Source: Minisyncoccota bacterium
GTDB taxonomy: Bacteria > Patescibacteriota > Minisyncoccia > Phycocordibacterales > UBA9973
DNA: 64,000 nucleotides
NCBI GenBank assembly: GCA_041659785.1
Contig: JBAZXO010000001.1
Location: 241,649 to 305,648, forward strand
Direction: 5' to 3'
The position numbers and the translations under genes were made by a program. The notes under the pieces are model-generated. The model had not been told where the DNA came from. It saw only the letters and a list, made by a program, of their open reading frames with translations, and searched no databases. Below, one piece after another: positions 25,321 to 37,400 of this stretch (its first letter is position 1; each line of letters opens with the position of its first letter).

Positions 25321-26555
25321 GATGGCTTTCTAGATATAATCGTATTATAAATCCCATTCAAAAGTCCAAATGGAGCAATTATTCCGAAAACTGGAAAGAA
25401 ATAAAGTACTTTAAAAGAAAAAGAACTTTTTTCTTTACTCATCCTTCTTCCGAAAATGATTGCGAAAATCACCAATAAATATATAACAAAAGCGATAAAT
25501 GTAAAAGATTGTGTATTTATAAAGAATGGATCAAAAATAAAACTCTTCATTTTAAAATTAAAACCAATTGCGTTAAATTGTAAAACTTTTAAATATAAAA
25601 AGTGAGCAAAATGATAGACCATTTGTCCAAAAAGATAGCTAACGGAAAGAGCTGACACTATAGCAAGAGGCAATGTAAACGTAGCAAAATTACCATATTT
25701 TTTTCGTAACAACACTCCTCTATAGTCTATGGCATTATTAATAAAACCATAGATCCAACGTAACCTTTGTTTATAAAGTTTTTTTACTGTATTGGGTGTA
25801 TTGGTATAAACAAAAGCGTCATTACAATGATCTATTTTATAGTTATTTTTCTGCATACGAAAAGCAATCTCCATGTCTTCAGTATTGTGACCATGTCGAT
25901 AAGGACCTAGATTATCAAATACTTTTCTACGGAAAACAGTAAGTGGTCCCGGGGTTACGTTTATGGCTCCTAAAAATCCAAGCATTTTCTTCAAATAAAC
26001 ACCCATATTGTATTCAGCTTTCTGTGCATTTTGAACAATGTTTCTTGGGTTGTCCACAACCACAGAAGGAGCGACGGCCATAGTCTCTCCATCCTTTTCG
26101 AAATAACTCATAATACGTACGAGAGATTCCCTATCCGCAAAAGAGTCAGCGTCTAAGCATCCGAAAAAGTCAGTCTCTAAATTTTCTAATGCTAAGTTTA
26201 GGGCAGTGTGTTTCCCTCCGTTTTCTTTATGAAAAACTTTTATATTAGTATATTCAGTAAATTTATTTATTACATTCCACGTATCATCAGTAGAACCATC
26301 GTCAATAAGAAATATTTTTAATTTATCTTTTGGGTAATTTAAATCTAAAAGAGAGTGAACACTTTTCTCAACTGTATTTTCTTCGTTCCAACAAGGCATA
26401 GCAATAGTGACAGCTGGATAGTTATCTAATTTTATTTCTCCGTTTCTGGTGACTATCTTTTTTCTATTTTCAAGAAAAGTCACAAAATAAAACACCTGCC
26501 CGTAGACAGACAAAAATACTAGTATGTAGAATATAATATTTAAAATCAAAGCCAT
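25311..26555 (-). CDS. Family 2 glycosyltransferase, membrane-integral (processive synthase-like, QRLRW motif)
   Basis: DDGSTDDT, DADSF, QRLRW. Multiple C-terminal TM helices. Confidence 0.75.
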   Translation of the reverse strand: MALILNIIFYILVFLSVYGQVFYFVTFLENRKKIVTRNGEIKLDNYPAVTIAMPCWNEENTVEKSVHSLLDLNYPKDKLKIFLIDDGSTDDTWNVINKFTEYTNIKVFHKENGGKHTALNLALENLETDFFGCLDADSFADRESLVRIMSYFEKDGETMAVAPSVVVDNPRNIVQNAQKAEYNMGVYLKKMLGFLGAINVTPGPLTVFRRKVFDNLGPYRHGHNTEDMEIAFRMQKNNYKIDHCNDAFVYTNTPNTVKKLYKQRLRWIYGFINNAIDYRGVLLRKKYGNFATFTLPLAIVSALSVSYLFGQMVYHFAHFLYLKVLQFNAIGFNFKMKSFIFDPFFINTQSFTFIAFVIYLLVIFAIIFGRRMSKEKSSFSFKVLYFFPVFGIIAPFGLLNGIYNTIISRKPSWR

Positions 26556-26676
26556 ATAACCCCTCTAGTATAACATTTTATGAGCAAAAAGTAAATCCGC
26601 ACACTTAAATTAAGTGTGCGGATAAATTAAAAAACCTCCCTTTTAGAGAGAAGTTTTTTAAGAAAATAAAAGAAAA

Positions 26677-27003
26677 TTACATCTTTCCTTCCATTTTTGA
26701 ATCAGAAGCTCCTGCTGCACAAGCTGCACAAGCCTCCATACACTTTTTGCATTTACAACCAAAAATTTTCAACACAGCTGCAATACCTACAAGTACATAG
26801 ACAATAGCTTCTACCTTAGGCCAAGAACCTAATAACATATTGACGACATTAAGATTACTACCTATCAACATTCCGACACCTACCAAGCCCCAATTCAAAC
26901 CTCCTATCCACAATAAAACTTTAGAAGTTTTATGTACTGCGCAACCACCTCCACATTTTCCACCATTACACATATGACACATATATTTTTTATTTCGTCC
27001 CAT
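26677..27003 (-). CDS. DUF378-family small membrane protein with Cys-rich N- and C-terminal extensions
   Basis: GGLNWGLVG core. CHMCNGGKCGGGC and CKCKKCMEACAACAA clusters. Confidence 0.55.
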   Translation of the reverse strand: MGRNKKYMCHMCNGGKCGGGCAVHKTSKVLLWIGGLNWGLVGVGMLIGSNLNVVNMLLGSWPKVEAIVYVLVGIAAVLKIFGCKCKKCMEACAACAAGASDSKMEGKM

Positions 27004-27141
27004 CTTTTAAACAGGACAATTAACTAATAATAAAGACCTTTGTATTAATACTGGTATTATACCATAATCAAAAAATATGCTACAATAGCGTATTACAAAT
27101 TATAAATTACGAAGGACGGACTTTCGTAAAACAACGAAAAT

Positions 27142-27831
27142 ATGCAAAATAATGACCAAAAACAAATAGCTGGGGCAATCCTCATAGTAGGAGTCCTAAT
27201 TGCCGGAGCAATTTTATTAAAAGACAGCAAATCCCCTACCGTAAATGCACCAGTAGGCCCCGCAGTACCAACGACGACCTTAGCACCAGTCGGAACGATA
27301 GATGGAAATAGAATAATCGGAAATCCACAAGCAAAGGTTACTTTAGTTTTGTATGAGGACTTTCAATGTCCTTTCTGTGGAAAGTTCTTTAAAGAATCAG
27401 AACAAAATATTAGAGAAATTTATGTAAAAAATGGAAATGTGAGATTGGTTTATCGTGACTTCGCTTTCCTGGGCCCAGAATCAATAAAAGCATCTGAAGC
27501 TGCAAGGTGTGCCGATGACCAAGGAAAATTCTGGAACTATTATGATTATCTCTTTACTCATCAAAATGGCGAAAATCAAGGAGCTTTTTCTGACCCAAAC
27601 TTAAAATCTTTTGCTAAAGTACTTGGCTTAGATACAAATAGCTTTAATAAATGTTTAGACGACGGTAAATATACACAAGCAATTGCAAATTCTAAAACTG
27701 AAGCCGGCACTGCTGGAGTAACAGGTACACCAAAAGGTTTTATTCTAAAAAATGGAAAAGTAGTAGACACGATTGATGGAGCTATTCCATTTGAAATAGT
27801 AAAACAAAAACTTGATGCTGCGTTAAAATAA
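27142..27831 (+). CDS. DsbA-family thiol:disulfide oxidoreductase (secreted/anchored)
   Basis: CPFCGKF CxxC within a thioredoxin fold. N-terminal hydrophobic segment. Confidence 0.75.
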   Translation: MQNNDQKQIAGAILIVGVLIAGAILLKDSKSPTVNAPVGPAVPTTTLAPVGTIDGNRIIGNPQAKVTLVLYEDFQCPFCGKFFKESEQNIREIYVKNGNVRLVYRDFAFLGPESIKASEAARCADDQGKFWNYYDYLFTHQNGENQGAFSDPNLKSFAKVLGLDTNSFNKCLDDGKYTQAIANSKTEAGTAGVTGTPKGFILKNGKVVDTIDGAIPFEIVKQKLDAALK

Positions 27832-27843
27832 TCTAAACATTAA

Positions 27844-27871
27844 AAAATCCCGCTCATTGCGGGATTTTTAG
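27844..27871. terminator. Bidirectional rho-independent terminator
   Basis: AAATCCCGCtcattGCGGGATTTTT between convergent dsbA-like and rpoD. Confidence 0.7.
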
Positions 27872-27872
27872 T

Positions 27873-29084
27873 TTAGTCAAAGTAGTTCTTCAGTCTTGCT
27901 ATCTTTTCATGCTGGCGAAGTTTTTCATGAACCTTTGCTTCAATCTGACGAATACGTTCACGAGTTACACCAAACTCTTCCCCTACTCTCTCAAGAGTGT
28001 GTTGAATACCATCAAGCAAACCATAACGCATTTCTAATATTCTACGTTCTTTAGAATTAAGCTCGTCTAGAACTTCGCGGATCTGATCAGAAAGAATTCT
28101 ACGAGAAGATTCTTGATCTGGACGCAAAATCTTATCATCAGGAATAAAGTTTTCTAAGGTGGACTTATCGTCATCATCACCTACTGGCTGTTCTAGTGAC
28201 ACAGTTTCCTGACTAATGTTCTCAATGACGTGTATTTTCTCAACTGGAATACCCATTTCGGTTGCAATTTCTTCCGCTAGGGGCTCTCGGCCTAAATCCT
28301 GACTGAGTCTGCGGTGAGTTTGTTTATACTTAGAAATTGTCTCCACCATATGCACTGGAATACGAATGGTTCTAGACTGATCAGCGAGCGCACGAGTGAT
28401 GGATTGACGAATCCACCAGGTAGCATAAGTAGAAAATTTATAGCCCTTAGTCCAATCAAATTTTTCTACCGCTTTAAATAGTCCTAAATTTCCTTCTTGA
28501 ATCAAATCAAGCAATGTTAAGTTGGCACTTCTACCCACGTATTTTTTTGCGATAGAAACGACTAGACGAAGGTTCGCGCGGGCAAGTAAATTCTTCGCTT
28601 CTAGATCTCCATGCTCTATACGTTTCGCTAGATCTTTCTCGTCACTCGCATGGATAAGCGGATATTGCCCTATTTCTTTTAAATACATTTGAATAGAGTC
28701 ATGCATAGACCCTTTATTCAAATCTTTATCATTCAAATCAATATCTAAGTTGAGTAAATTTCCACCCTCGAGTACATCGATACCAGCTACTGCGAATTTT
28801 TCATAAAGCTCGTCCAAAAAGAGAATGTTGTTTTCTATGTCAGGAAAAGTCTTCAATATCTCATCATAAGTAATGAAACCACGTTTTCTGCCTTTTTCAA
28901 TGATAGTATTCGCAAGGATATCAAGTTTTTCTGTCTTTTTCTGTGCAAAAGATAACTTCTTGACCTTTACTTTTTTTATTTTCTTTACTGCCTTTTTAAC
29001 CTTTTTAACCTTTATTTTTTTTGTTTTCTTAACTTTTTTTACTACTTTCTTAATTACCTTTTTGTTTTTTGTTTTTTTCTTCAT
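27873..29084 (-). CDS. rpoD: RNA polymerase sigma-70 (RpoD) with a Lys-rich N-terminal extension
   Basis: Regions 1.2-4 present ([20 protein letters not shown]). N-terminal ~50 aa are K/V repeats. Confidence 0.9.
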   Translation of the reverse strand: MKKKTKNKKVIKKVVKKVKKTKKIKVKKVKKAVKKIKKVKVKKLSFAQKKTEKLDILANTIIEKGRKRGFITYDEILKTFPDIENNILFLDELYEKFAVAGIDVLEGGNLLNLDIDLNDKDLNKGSMHDSIQMYLKEIGQYPLIHASDEKDLAKRIEHGDLEAKNLLARANLRLVVSIAKKYVGRSANLTLLDLIQEGNLGLFKAVEKFDWTKGYKFSTYATWWIRQSITRALADQSRTIRIPVHMVETISKYKQTHRRLSQDLGREPLAEEIATEMGIPVEKIHVIENISQETVSLEQPVGDDDDKSTLENFIPDDKILRPDQESSRRILSDQIREVLDELNSKERRILEMRYGLLDGIQHTLERVGEEFGVTRERIRQIEAKVHEKLRQHEKIARLKNYFD

Positions 29085-29090
29085 ATAATT

Positions 29091-30818
29091 CTATTTTTTA
29101 AAACGACCATTTTTAATATCTTCTTTCCTTTTATTTATCTCATTTATCTTTTTAAAAATTTCTATTTCTTCTTCTTTACCCTTTAAATTGTGTAATTCCA
29201 TCATTTGTTTTGCCAATTCTTCATTTAAATATTCTTCTTCTATGGAAAGTAACATTTCATTCACATCTTTTTCTAAGTTTTCATCGTTTGAATAAAATTC
29301 TTCTACTTCATAGATTAAGTCTTCTTTAATATTTTCATATTTTTCTCTGACTTTTTCTTTTGCTTGTTCTAATTTTTTAAAAATCAATTCTGGGTCTATT
29401 TTTCTATCAGCTAAACCCTCTTGCCAGAAAGCTATTCCCAAGAGCCTGCGCTCAATAGGATCTTTCCTTATTTTCTTCTCTATGTTTAGAATTGCAGTTT
29501 TTGTCTCTTCTTTTTCGTGTTTTAATTCAAATTCCACTTTCTTTAAATCTTCCATTAAGGCACCTTCGGCTATCCCCGACTTATTACTAATTAAAGTAAT
29601 AAAATGTGATTTTTCTATGGAGCTTTCTATATCATTTACGAAGGGAAGAAGGCGTTCTTTTATCTCTCTGCCTGCTTTTCTTGTGTCGTTATGGGTATCT
29701 TTTAAAATCCTCATCAACATAAACTCAATAAAATGTTTCGAATTTCTTATCGCTTCACGCCAAGCATCCACTCCGACTTTTGAAATCAAATCTGCTGGAT
29801 CCATGCCTTCTGGAATATCTGCAACCTTCACATCCATGCCTAGGGATAATGCAATCTTCGCGAAACGATTCGTTGCATTTACTCCCGCGCGGTCTGCATC
29901 ATAAGCAAGAACAATATTTTTAGACAATCTGGTAATAAGTCCAAGGTTATTTATAATATTTTCTTTTGAAACTACAGAATCAGTCATTGCTGTACCAGAT
30001 GAAGCTATTGTATTTTTGAATCCTGCTTGATGAGCTAAAATCAAATCCATCTGACCCTCAACAAGAATAGAAAAACCATTTTTTCTAATTGTGTCTTTCG
30101 CTTTATCTATACCAAAAAGTACAGATGATTTATTGAATATCGGAGTCTCTGGACTATTCAAATATTTAGCAGACTTTCCATCATCCACAAAAATTCTCCC
30201 AGAGAAAGCAACGATGCGTCCACTCGAATCTGAGATAGGAAACATTATGCGCCCACGAAATCTATCATAGAAACCCTTATCAGTCTTTTTTACTAATCCG
30301 ACTTTTTCTAATTCACTATCACTAAAACCTTTTTTTGTAAGATGAGAATACAAATCCCGCCAATCGTTTTTAATAAAACCAACACGGAAATTCTTTATAC
30401 TTTCATCATTTAATCCCCTATTCTTAAGATAAGACAAAACTTCCATATTTTCTCCTAAATTTTTTTCAAAGAAAAGAGAAGCCTCATCCATAATACGATA
30501 CAATTTTTCTTTTTCACTCTCTTCTTTAGGATTGTAAGATTCTAAAACAATTCCTGCTCTACTAGCGAGCAACTTAAGGGCTCCCCTGAAATCAAGACCC
30601 TCGAATTCTTCTACGAAAGAAAAAATGTCTCCCTTAGCCCCGCAGCCGAAACAATAGTAAGTGCCTCTATCAGGAGAAATAAAGAATGAAGGAGTTTTCT
30701 CATTATGAAAGGGGCATCTTGCTTTTAGATTTGTGCCTACGTGGTCTAACTTTATATAAGAAGAGACTACTTCTTCAATTGATAGCCTCTCCTTAATTTT
30801 TTGAACTGGAGAGTTCAT
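29091..30818 (-). CDS. dnaG: DNA primase
   Basis: CPFHNEKTPSF...CFGCG zinc finger. TOPRIM EGQMD. Confidence 0.9.
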   Translation of the reverse strand: MNSPVQKIKERLSIEEVVSSYIKLDHVGTNLKARCPFHNEKTPSFFISPDRGTYYCFGCGAKGDIFSFVEEFEGLDFRGALKLLASRAGIVLESYNPKEESEKEKLYRIMDEASLFFEKNLGENMEVLSYLKNRGLNDESIKNFRVGFIKNDWRDLYSHLTKKGFSDSELEKVGLVKKTDKGFYDRFRGRIMFPISDSSGRIVAFSGRIFVDDGKSAKYLNSPETPIFNKSSVLFGIDKAKDTIRKNGFSILVEGQMDLILAHQAGFKNTIASSGTAMTDSVVSKENIINNLGLITRLSKNIVLAYDADRAGVNATNRFAKIALSLGMDVKVADIPEGMDPADLISKVGVDAWREAIRNSKHFIEFMLMRILKDTHNDTRKAGREIKERLLPFVNDIESSIEKSHFITLISNKSGIAEGALMEDLKKVEFELKHEKEETKTAILNIEKKIRKDPIERRLLGIAFWQEGLADRKIDPELIFKKLEQAKEKVREKYENIKEDLIYEVEEFYSNDENLEKDVNEMLLSIEEEYLNEELAKQMMELHNLKGKEEEIEIFKKINEINKRKEDIKNGRFKK

Positions 30819-30824
30819 ATTTTT

Positions 30825-33800
30825 TTATTCTTCCGTTGATGTTTTAACAAACTTATTCTTAAAACCAGTTCCAGCTGGAATTAATCGTCCAATGATGACA
30901 TTTTCCTTTAACCCTCGGAGTGAGTCTACTCCGCCTTTAATTGCATTCTCAATAAGAACACGGTTTGTATTTTGGAATGATGCAGCTGATAGCCAGCTCT
31001 TTGTACGTAGAGAAACTTCAGTAATACCGAGCACCACTATCTCTGCTTTTGCTTCTTTACCTTCTATTTCTTTTACCCTCATATTTTCTTCTATGAATGC
31101 TGTGTTTTCAACGATATCGCCTGTAGAGAAGTTTGTCTCACCGGCATCTTTGATTTTTCGGCGAGAAAACATTTGACGAATTATTATTTCTGTGTGTTTT
31201 CTAGAAATCGAAGCACTTTGAAGTTCGTAGACCTTGTTTATTTCTTCAATAATATATTCTTCAACTAATTCTTTATTTCCCAATCTAAACATTTCGGCAA
31301 TATCAGCAGATCCATCTGTTAAGAGCTGTCCTTTCTTGACAGAATCTCCAACCTTAACGATAGGTGTTCTTCTGAACGCGACAGTATACTCCATTTCGTT
31401 TGCTTTGCCGTCAGCTTTACTGTCAGACAACACTTTAATTATTTTTTCCTTCTGATTCTCTTTGTCTTTAGCTGTGATAGATATGACTTCACCATCAGTT
31501 TCAGAAATAATTGCAGGATTTTTAGGAATTCTTCTTTCGAAAATTTCTTCAACACGTGGAAGACCAGTAGTGATGTCTGTTCCCGCGACACCTCCAGCGT
31601 GGAACGTACGAAGTGTAAGCTGAGTACCTGGTTCACCGATAGCTTGAGCTGCAATGATTCCGACAGCTTCACCTTCTTCTACTAAATGATTTCTTCCTAG
31701 ATCAAGACCGTAACACATGACGCAAAGACCGTGTACTGTCTTACAAGTAAGAGGTGAACGAACAAATACTTCAGAAAAACCTGCACCCTCAATGTTGTGA
31801 GCCTCTTCTTTAGTAATTAAGAATCCTCTCTTGTAAACTACATTTCCGTCTTTATCTTTCAAGTCACCTGCAAGGACACGTCCACGAATGTTTTTAGAAA
31901 GTGGAATTTCAATACCAGAAATATTTTCTCTCGTGACTATTTTACCTTCCTTTGTACCGCAATCCTCTTCAGTAATAACCACATCCTGAGCCACGTCAAC
32001 GAGTCTTCGGGTCAAATATCCAGCTTTTGCAGTGTTGAGCGCTGTGTCGGATGCACCTTTACGAGCACCGTGCGTAATAACGAAATATTCAATTGGAGAA
32101 AGTCCCTCTTGATAACAAGGAATAATTGGGAATTCTAGAATTTTACCCTGGTTGTTTTGAATAAGACCGATCATACCAGTCATTTGCATAAGAGATGACA
32201 TGGTACCTCTAGCTTTAGAAGTAAATAAATCATAAGTAGAACCTTTTTTATCAAGCGTCTGAGGCAATACTTTTTCTAGATTTTTCTTTACCTGTGTCCA
32301 GATTTCAATAATTTTTTGATATCTTTCATCCAAAGAAAGAAGACCTTCGCTCCATTGTGTAATGATATCTTCTTCTAATTTTTTTCCTTCTTCAATAATT
32401 TTTTTCTTTTCTTCTGGAACTTTAACATTATCGAGTCCCCAAGTAGTACCAGAAACTGTAGAATACTTAAATCCGAATGCTTTAATCTTATCTAGGATGG
32501 CAGGAGTATTGTCTACACCAGAATGAACGATAAGCTCGTCTAAGAGTGCTGAGAGTCTGTCTTGGGTCATTTCATCATTTACATAAGAGAAATCGTTTGG
32601 CAAAATACTGTTGAAAAGAAGTTTTCCAACAGAAGTCTCGAATAATTCCCCGCCAAATTTTTTATATTTATGTGTGTCTGTTGCTAGGACTTTTATTTTT
32701 GCGCGTAGACTCACTATTCCATAATCATGAGCAGTAATTGCAGTATTGGGACTTGAGAAATATTTACCTTCACCAACTTCCCCATCAACTAATTTAGTCA
32801 TCCAGTAACTTCCAAGCACCATATCCATACGAGGGTGCACTATTGGATCTCCGTTTTGTGGTTTAAGTAAGTTTTTATTTGACGCCATTAATTCTTTCGC
32901 TTCCCATTGAGCTTCTTCGAGAAGAGGAACGTATACAGCCATTTGGTCTCCATCGAAGTCAGCGTTGAAGGCCTGACAGACGAGAGGATGAACTTGAATA
33001 GCATTTCCTTCGATCAAAATAGGATTAAAAGCTTGAATACCTAAACGGTGCAAAGTAGGTGCACGGTTTAGAAGAACATATTTACCTTGAATAACTTCTT
33101 CTAATATCGCCCAAACCTCAGGAGAACGTTCTTCTATCAGTTTGTTGGCTCCACGAATGTTGAATGCAAGCTCAGCTAATAAAATCTTTGAAATTACGAA
33201 TGGACGGAAAAGTTCAAGAGCCATATGTTTTGGCAATCCACATTGGTTTAGTTTAAGCTCCGGACCAACGACAATAACGCTACGGCCTGAATAGTCTACT
33301 CGTTTTCCGAGTAAATTCTGACGGAAGAGACCTTGCTTAGATTTTAGGTTATCAGAAAGTGATTTAAGGGGGCGCTTCTGGGACTGACTCATTGCCGCAG
33401 AATCATTTTGTTTAGCTATTGAGTTATCGATAAGAGCATCGACTGCTTCCTGAATAATTCTTTTCTCGTTTCTTAGGATAACATCCGGCGCATTGATTTC
33501 TTTCAATTTCTTCAAACGATTATTCCTGTTTATCACACGACGATAAAGGTCGTTCAGGTCAGAGGTTGCATGACGCCCACCATCGAGCGCTACCATCGGA
33601 CGCAAAACTGGTGGAATAACTGGTATAACAGTCAAGAACATCCATTCTGGACGAATGCCTGCATAAGTCATGGCACGAATTAAGGAAAGTCTTTTTTGTA
33701 ACTTTTCTTTTTCAGCGACACTTGCTTTTTCCAGCATCTTTTCTGTAAGATGTTTAAGTTTATTTAAATCAAGATTCTTAAAAATAGAGTAGATGGCCTC

Positions 33801-34445
33801 AGCTCCGATGTTTGCTTCAAAGCAAGTACCATATTTAAGAGAATAGTGATGAAAAGAAATTTCATTTAGAACTTTCCCTTCATAGATTTCTCCAATTTCT
33901 TTTTTGGTGATAGAAAGTAAATTTTTTAATTTCTCACGAGTGTCGTCATCGGCTGAATTCTTTAATTTAGTTTTAAATTCTTTATCCAAACCAGACAAGA
34001 TTGACTCTCTTTCTTCTTCGTGAACCTTGGTGATTATATATCCTGCAAAGTAGATTACTTTTTCGAGATCAGAGACGGATATATTTAAGAGAATGCTCAT
34101 TCTAGAAGGTACTCCACGCAAAAACCAAATATGAGAAACAGGAGTAGAGAGCTCAATGTGCCCCATACGTTCACGTCTTACTATAGAGCGAGTAACTTCA
34201 ACTCCACATTTTTCACAAATAATATCCTTATAACGAATTCTACGATATTTTCCGCAATAACATTCGTAATCTTTTTCTGGTCCGAAAATTTTCTCATCGA
34301 AAAGTCCTCCTCGTTCAGATCTACCTGTACGATAGTTTATCGTTTCTGGTTTTGTGACTTCTCCGAAAGACCATTCTTTTATTTGGTCCGGAGATGCAAG
34401 CCTAAGCGCTATTTGATCAAATTCAGTTGTATTTAATGTTTTCAT
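30825..34445 (-). CDS. rpoC: DNA-directed RNA polymerase subunit beta'
   Basis: NADFDGDQM catalytic motif, Zn-binding Cys clusters, 1206 aa. Confidence 0.95.
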   Translation of the reverse strand: MKTLNTTEFDQIALRLASPDQIKEWSFGEVTKPETINYRTGRSERGGLFDEKIFGPEKDYECYCGKYRRIRYKDIICEKCGVEVTRSIVRRERMGHIELSTPVSHIWFLRGVPSRMSILLNISVSDLEKVIYFAGYIITKVHEEERESILSGLDKEFKTKLKNSADDDTREKLKNLLSITKKEIGEIYEGKVLNEISFHHYSLKYGTCFEANIGAEAIYSIFKNLDLNKLKHLTEKMLEKASVAEKEKLQKRLSLIRAMTYAGIRPEWMFLTVIPVIPPVLRPMVALDGGRHATSDLNDLYRRVINRNNRLKKLKEINAPDVILRNEKRIIQEAVDALIDNSIAKQNDSAAMSQSQKRPLKSLSDNLKSKQGLFRQNLLGKRVDYSGRSVIVVGPELKLNQCGLPKHMALELFRPFVISKILLAELAFNIRGANKLIEERSPEVWAILEEVIQGKYVLLNRAPTLHRLGIQAFNPILIEGNAIQVHPLVCQAFNADFDGDQMAVYVPLLEEAQWEAKELMASNKNLLKPQNGDPIVHPRMDMVLGSYWMTKLVDGEVGEGKYFSSPNTAITAHDYGIVSLRAKIKVLATDTHKYKKFGGELFETSVGKLLFNSILPNDFSYVNDEMTQDRLSALLDELIVHSGVDNTPAILDKIKAFGFKYSTVSGTTWGLDNVKVPEEKKKIIEEGKKLEEDIITQWSEGLLSLDERYQKIIEIWTQVKKNLEKVLPQTLDKKGSTYDLFTSKARGTMSSLMQMTGMIGLIQNNQGKILEFPIIPCYQEGLSPIEYFVITHGARKGASDTALNTAKAGYLTRRLVDVAQDVVITEEDCGTKEGKIVTRENISGIEIPLSKNIRGRVLAGDLKDKDGNVVYKRGFLITKEEAHNIEGAGFSEVFVRSPLTCKTVHGLCVMCYGLDLGRNHLVEEGEAVGIIAAQAIGEPGTQLTLRTFHAGGVAGTDITTGLPRVEEIFERRIPKNPAIISETDGEVISITAKDKENQKEKIIKVLSDSKADGKANEMEYTVAFRRTPIVKVGDSVKKGQLLTDGSADIAEMFRLGNKELVEEYIIEEINKVYELQSASISRKHTEIIIRQMFSRRKIKDAGETNFSTGDIVENTAFIEENMRVKEIEGKEAKAEIVVLGITEVSLRTKSWLSAASFQNTNRVLIENAIKGGVDSLRGLKENVIIGRLIPAGTGFKNKFVKTSTEE

Positions 34446-34468
34446 ATTTTTGATTTATATTTAGCTTA

Positions 34469-37400
34469 TTAAGCATTATCTTCGGACTTCCGTAGGTCGA
34501 CATCCATGGCAAGGCCTCGTAAATAATTTAGTAAAACATTAAACGATGCTGGAGAATTTGGTGGTCTAATTGTTTCATTTTTGATAATAGAATCGAATGA
34601 CGCTGATCTACCGAGTATATCGTCAGATTTAATTGTAAGCATTTCACGAAGTGTGTAAGCAGCTCCATAACCTTCGAGTGCCCAGACTTCCATTTCTCCG
34701 AATCTCTGTCCTCCACCTTGAGCTTTTCCGCCCAAAGGTTGCTGAGTGATAAGAGAGTAAGGACCCACTGAACGCATATGAATCTTGTCTTCCACCATGT
34801 GGTGAAGTTTGAGCATATACATATAACCAACAGCTACATCTTGCTGAAAGGCTTCTCCTGTTCTTCCGTCGAAAAGTTTTAATTTACCATTTTCTGGTAA
34901 TCCCGCTTTTACCAACTCCTCTTTTATTTCATCATGTTTTGCTCCAAGGAATGGTGGAACGATTGCTTGATAACCGAGACTATTTGCAGCCATACCTAAG
35001 TGTATTTCTAAAATTTGTCCCAAGTTCATACGAGAAGGAACACCGAGTGGTGAGAGAATAACATCTACAGGTGTACCGTCAGCTGTATATGGCATATCTT
35101 CTTCTGGAAGAATCATCGAGATGACTCCTTTGTTTCCATGTCTTCCTGAAAGCTTGTCTCCAACAGAAATATTTCTGATTTGAGCAACTTCAATAACAAT
35201 CTTTTTAATAATTCCCGCTTCTAGTGTGTGCCCTAAATCACGAGAAAATATTTTTACACCAATAATACGTCCACGTTTACCGTGTTCCATACGAAGTGAT
35301 GTATCTTTCACGTCGCGTGCTTTCTCAGCGAAGATTGAGCGCAAGAGTCTCTCTTCTGGCGTAAGTTCAGTTTCCCCTTTTGGAGTAATTTTACCAACTA
35401 AAATATCATTCTCTCTTACTTCAGCACCGATGCGGACAATTCCATCCTCATCCAAATCTTTTAGTTTGAGTTCTCCGACGTTTGGAATATCGCGAGTTGT
35501 GATTTCGGGCCCAAGCTTGGTGTCACGAACAGCGCAAGTGAATTCTTCAACATAGACTGATGTAAATTTGCTCTTTTTTACAAGACGTTCAGAAATAACA
35601 ATAGCATCTTCGTAAGTTGATCCAGACCAAGATAAAAATGCTACGAAAATATTCTGACCGATTGAAATCTGTCCATTTACGGTACTACTCGTATCTGCAA
35701 GTACATCACCCTTTTTGATTTTATCACCGACATTTACGAGTGGACGTTGATGAAAAACAGCGAAGTTGTTATTCCTCAAGAAATTAACTAAGTTATAGGT
35801 TTTCTCATGCTTCTCATCGTGTTTTCCTTTTATCACTATTTTTTTAGCATCTAAATAAGAGACGACACCATCTTCTTCTGCTATGACCAATCTACCTGAG
35901 TCACGTGCAGCTAATTCTTCGACTCCTGTTGCTACGAGTGGCATCTCTGGCAACACGCAAGGTACAGCTTGCTTTTGCATGTTACTTCCCATGAGCGCGC
36001 GGTTTGCATTGTTATGTTCTAGAAATGGAACCATCGAAGTTGCAATGGAGAAAGCTTGGTTGGGAGCGACGTCGATAAAATCAACTTCATCTCTGGAGAC
36101 GATACCTGGTTCTGTTTTGATTCTGGCTTCTACTTTATCTTTTGTTATTTTGCCATCTTCGTCATAAGGAATACCGGCATGCGCAATGTTGTATTTTTCT
36201 TCTTCAAGAGCATTTAAATAAACAATTTCGCCGGTAATTTTTCCATGTTTGACTTTTACATAAGGAGTTTCAATGATTCCAAAATCGTTTATTTTTGCAT
36301 AAGTTGAAAGGTGCAAGATAAGTCCAATGTTTGGACCTTCTGGGGTATGAATAGGACACACTCTTCCGTAGTGAGAAGGGTGCACGTCACGAACTTCAAG
36401 ACCAGCACGTTCACGAGTCAAACCTCCGGGCCCAAGTGCGGACAAGAGACGAATATGCTCTATTTCAGCGAGCACATTTTCTTGCGCCATAAATTGTGAA
36501 AGCTGGTTGGTGGTGAAAAACTCTTTAATACGAGCTTGAAGTGGTCGTTGGTTAATAATAGCAATAGGCATTGCAGTATCAACATCAATAATAGACATTC
36601 TGTCTTGAATGTTTCTCTTAATCTGCATCATTCCTGTGCGAACTTTTTGTTGAAGAATTTCTCCAACAAAACGAACACGCCTCTGACCCAGGTGATCTAT
36701 GTCGTCTGCTTTTGCAAGTGGTGTATTGTTTAGAGTAATAATATGGGAAATTACAGTAGCTAAATCTTCTTTAGATATTACTCGGCGAGCCATTTCGTCC
36801 TCTTCCATAGACTTATCAAATCGTTGATTAAATCTAAATCGTCCTACTGGAGAAAGGTCATAACGTTCTGCTGTAAACAGAGAGTTAATAAATTCTTTAG
36901 CATTATCTGCAGTCGCCATGTCGCCATCTCGAAGACGTTTATAAATCTCAATATATGAATCGTTTAAGCTTTTTACTCCATCTTTAGCAAAAGTTGCCTT
37001 TATGGTTTCTTCCGCCACAGAGTTACCTGAAAATGCTTTTAAAATAGCTTCATTGGTTTCGTAACCCATCGCACGCAAGAGCGCTGTCGCAGGGAACTTT
37101 CTTTTTTTATCTATTCTTATATAAATTCCTCCATCGGCTTCGGACTCTATCTCAATCCAGACTCCGCGAGCTGGAATAATCTTTGCACCGAAATATCTCG
37201 TTCCTTTAGTTTCAGACTCGGTAAAGAAAACTCCGAAGCTTCGTGCAAGCTGGGGCACGATGACACGCTCTACTCCGTTGATGATGAAAGTACCATGCGC
37301 GGTCATAAGAGGAATCTCAGACATGAAAATCTCCTGTTCTTTAACAGTTCCTAGAATTTTATTAGTCAATTTTACTCGCGCTTTCAGAAGCCCTTGGTAA

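Noticed and set aside
28873-29088. Phe-rich 71-aa + strand ORF
   Set aside because: Antisense to the Lys-rich (AAR codons) N-terminus of rpoD. TTY-rich mirror frame.
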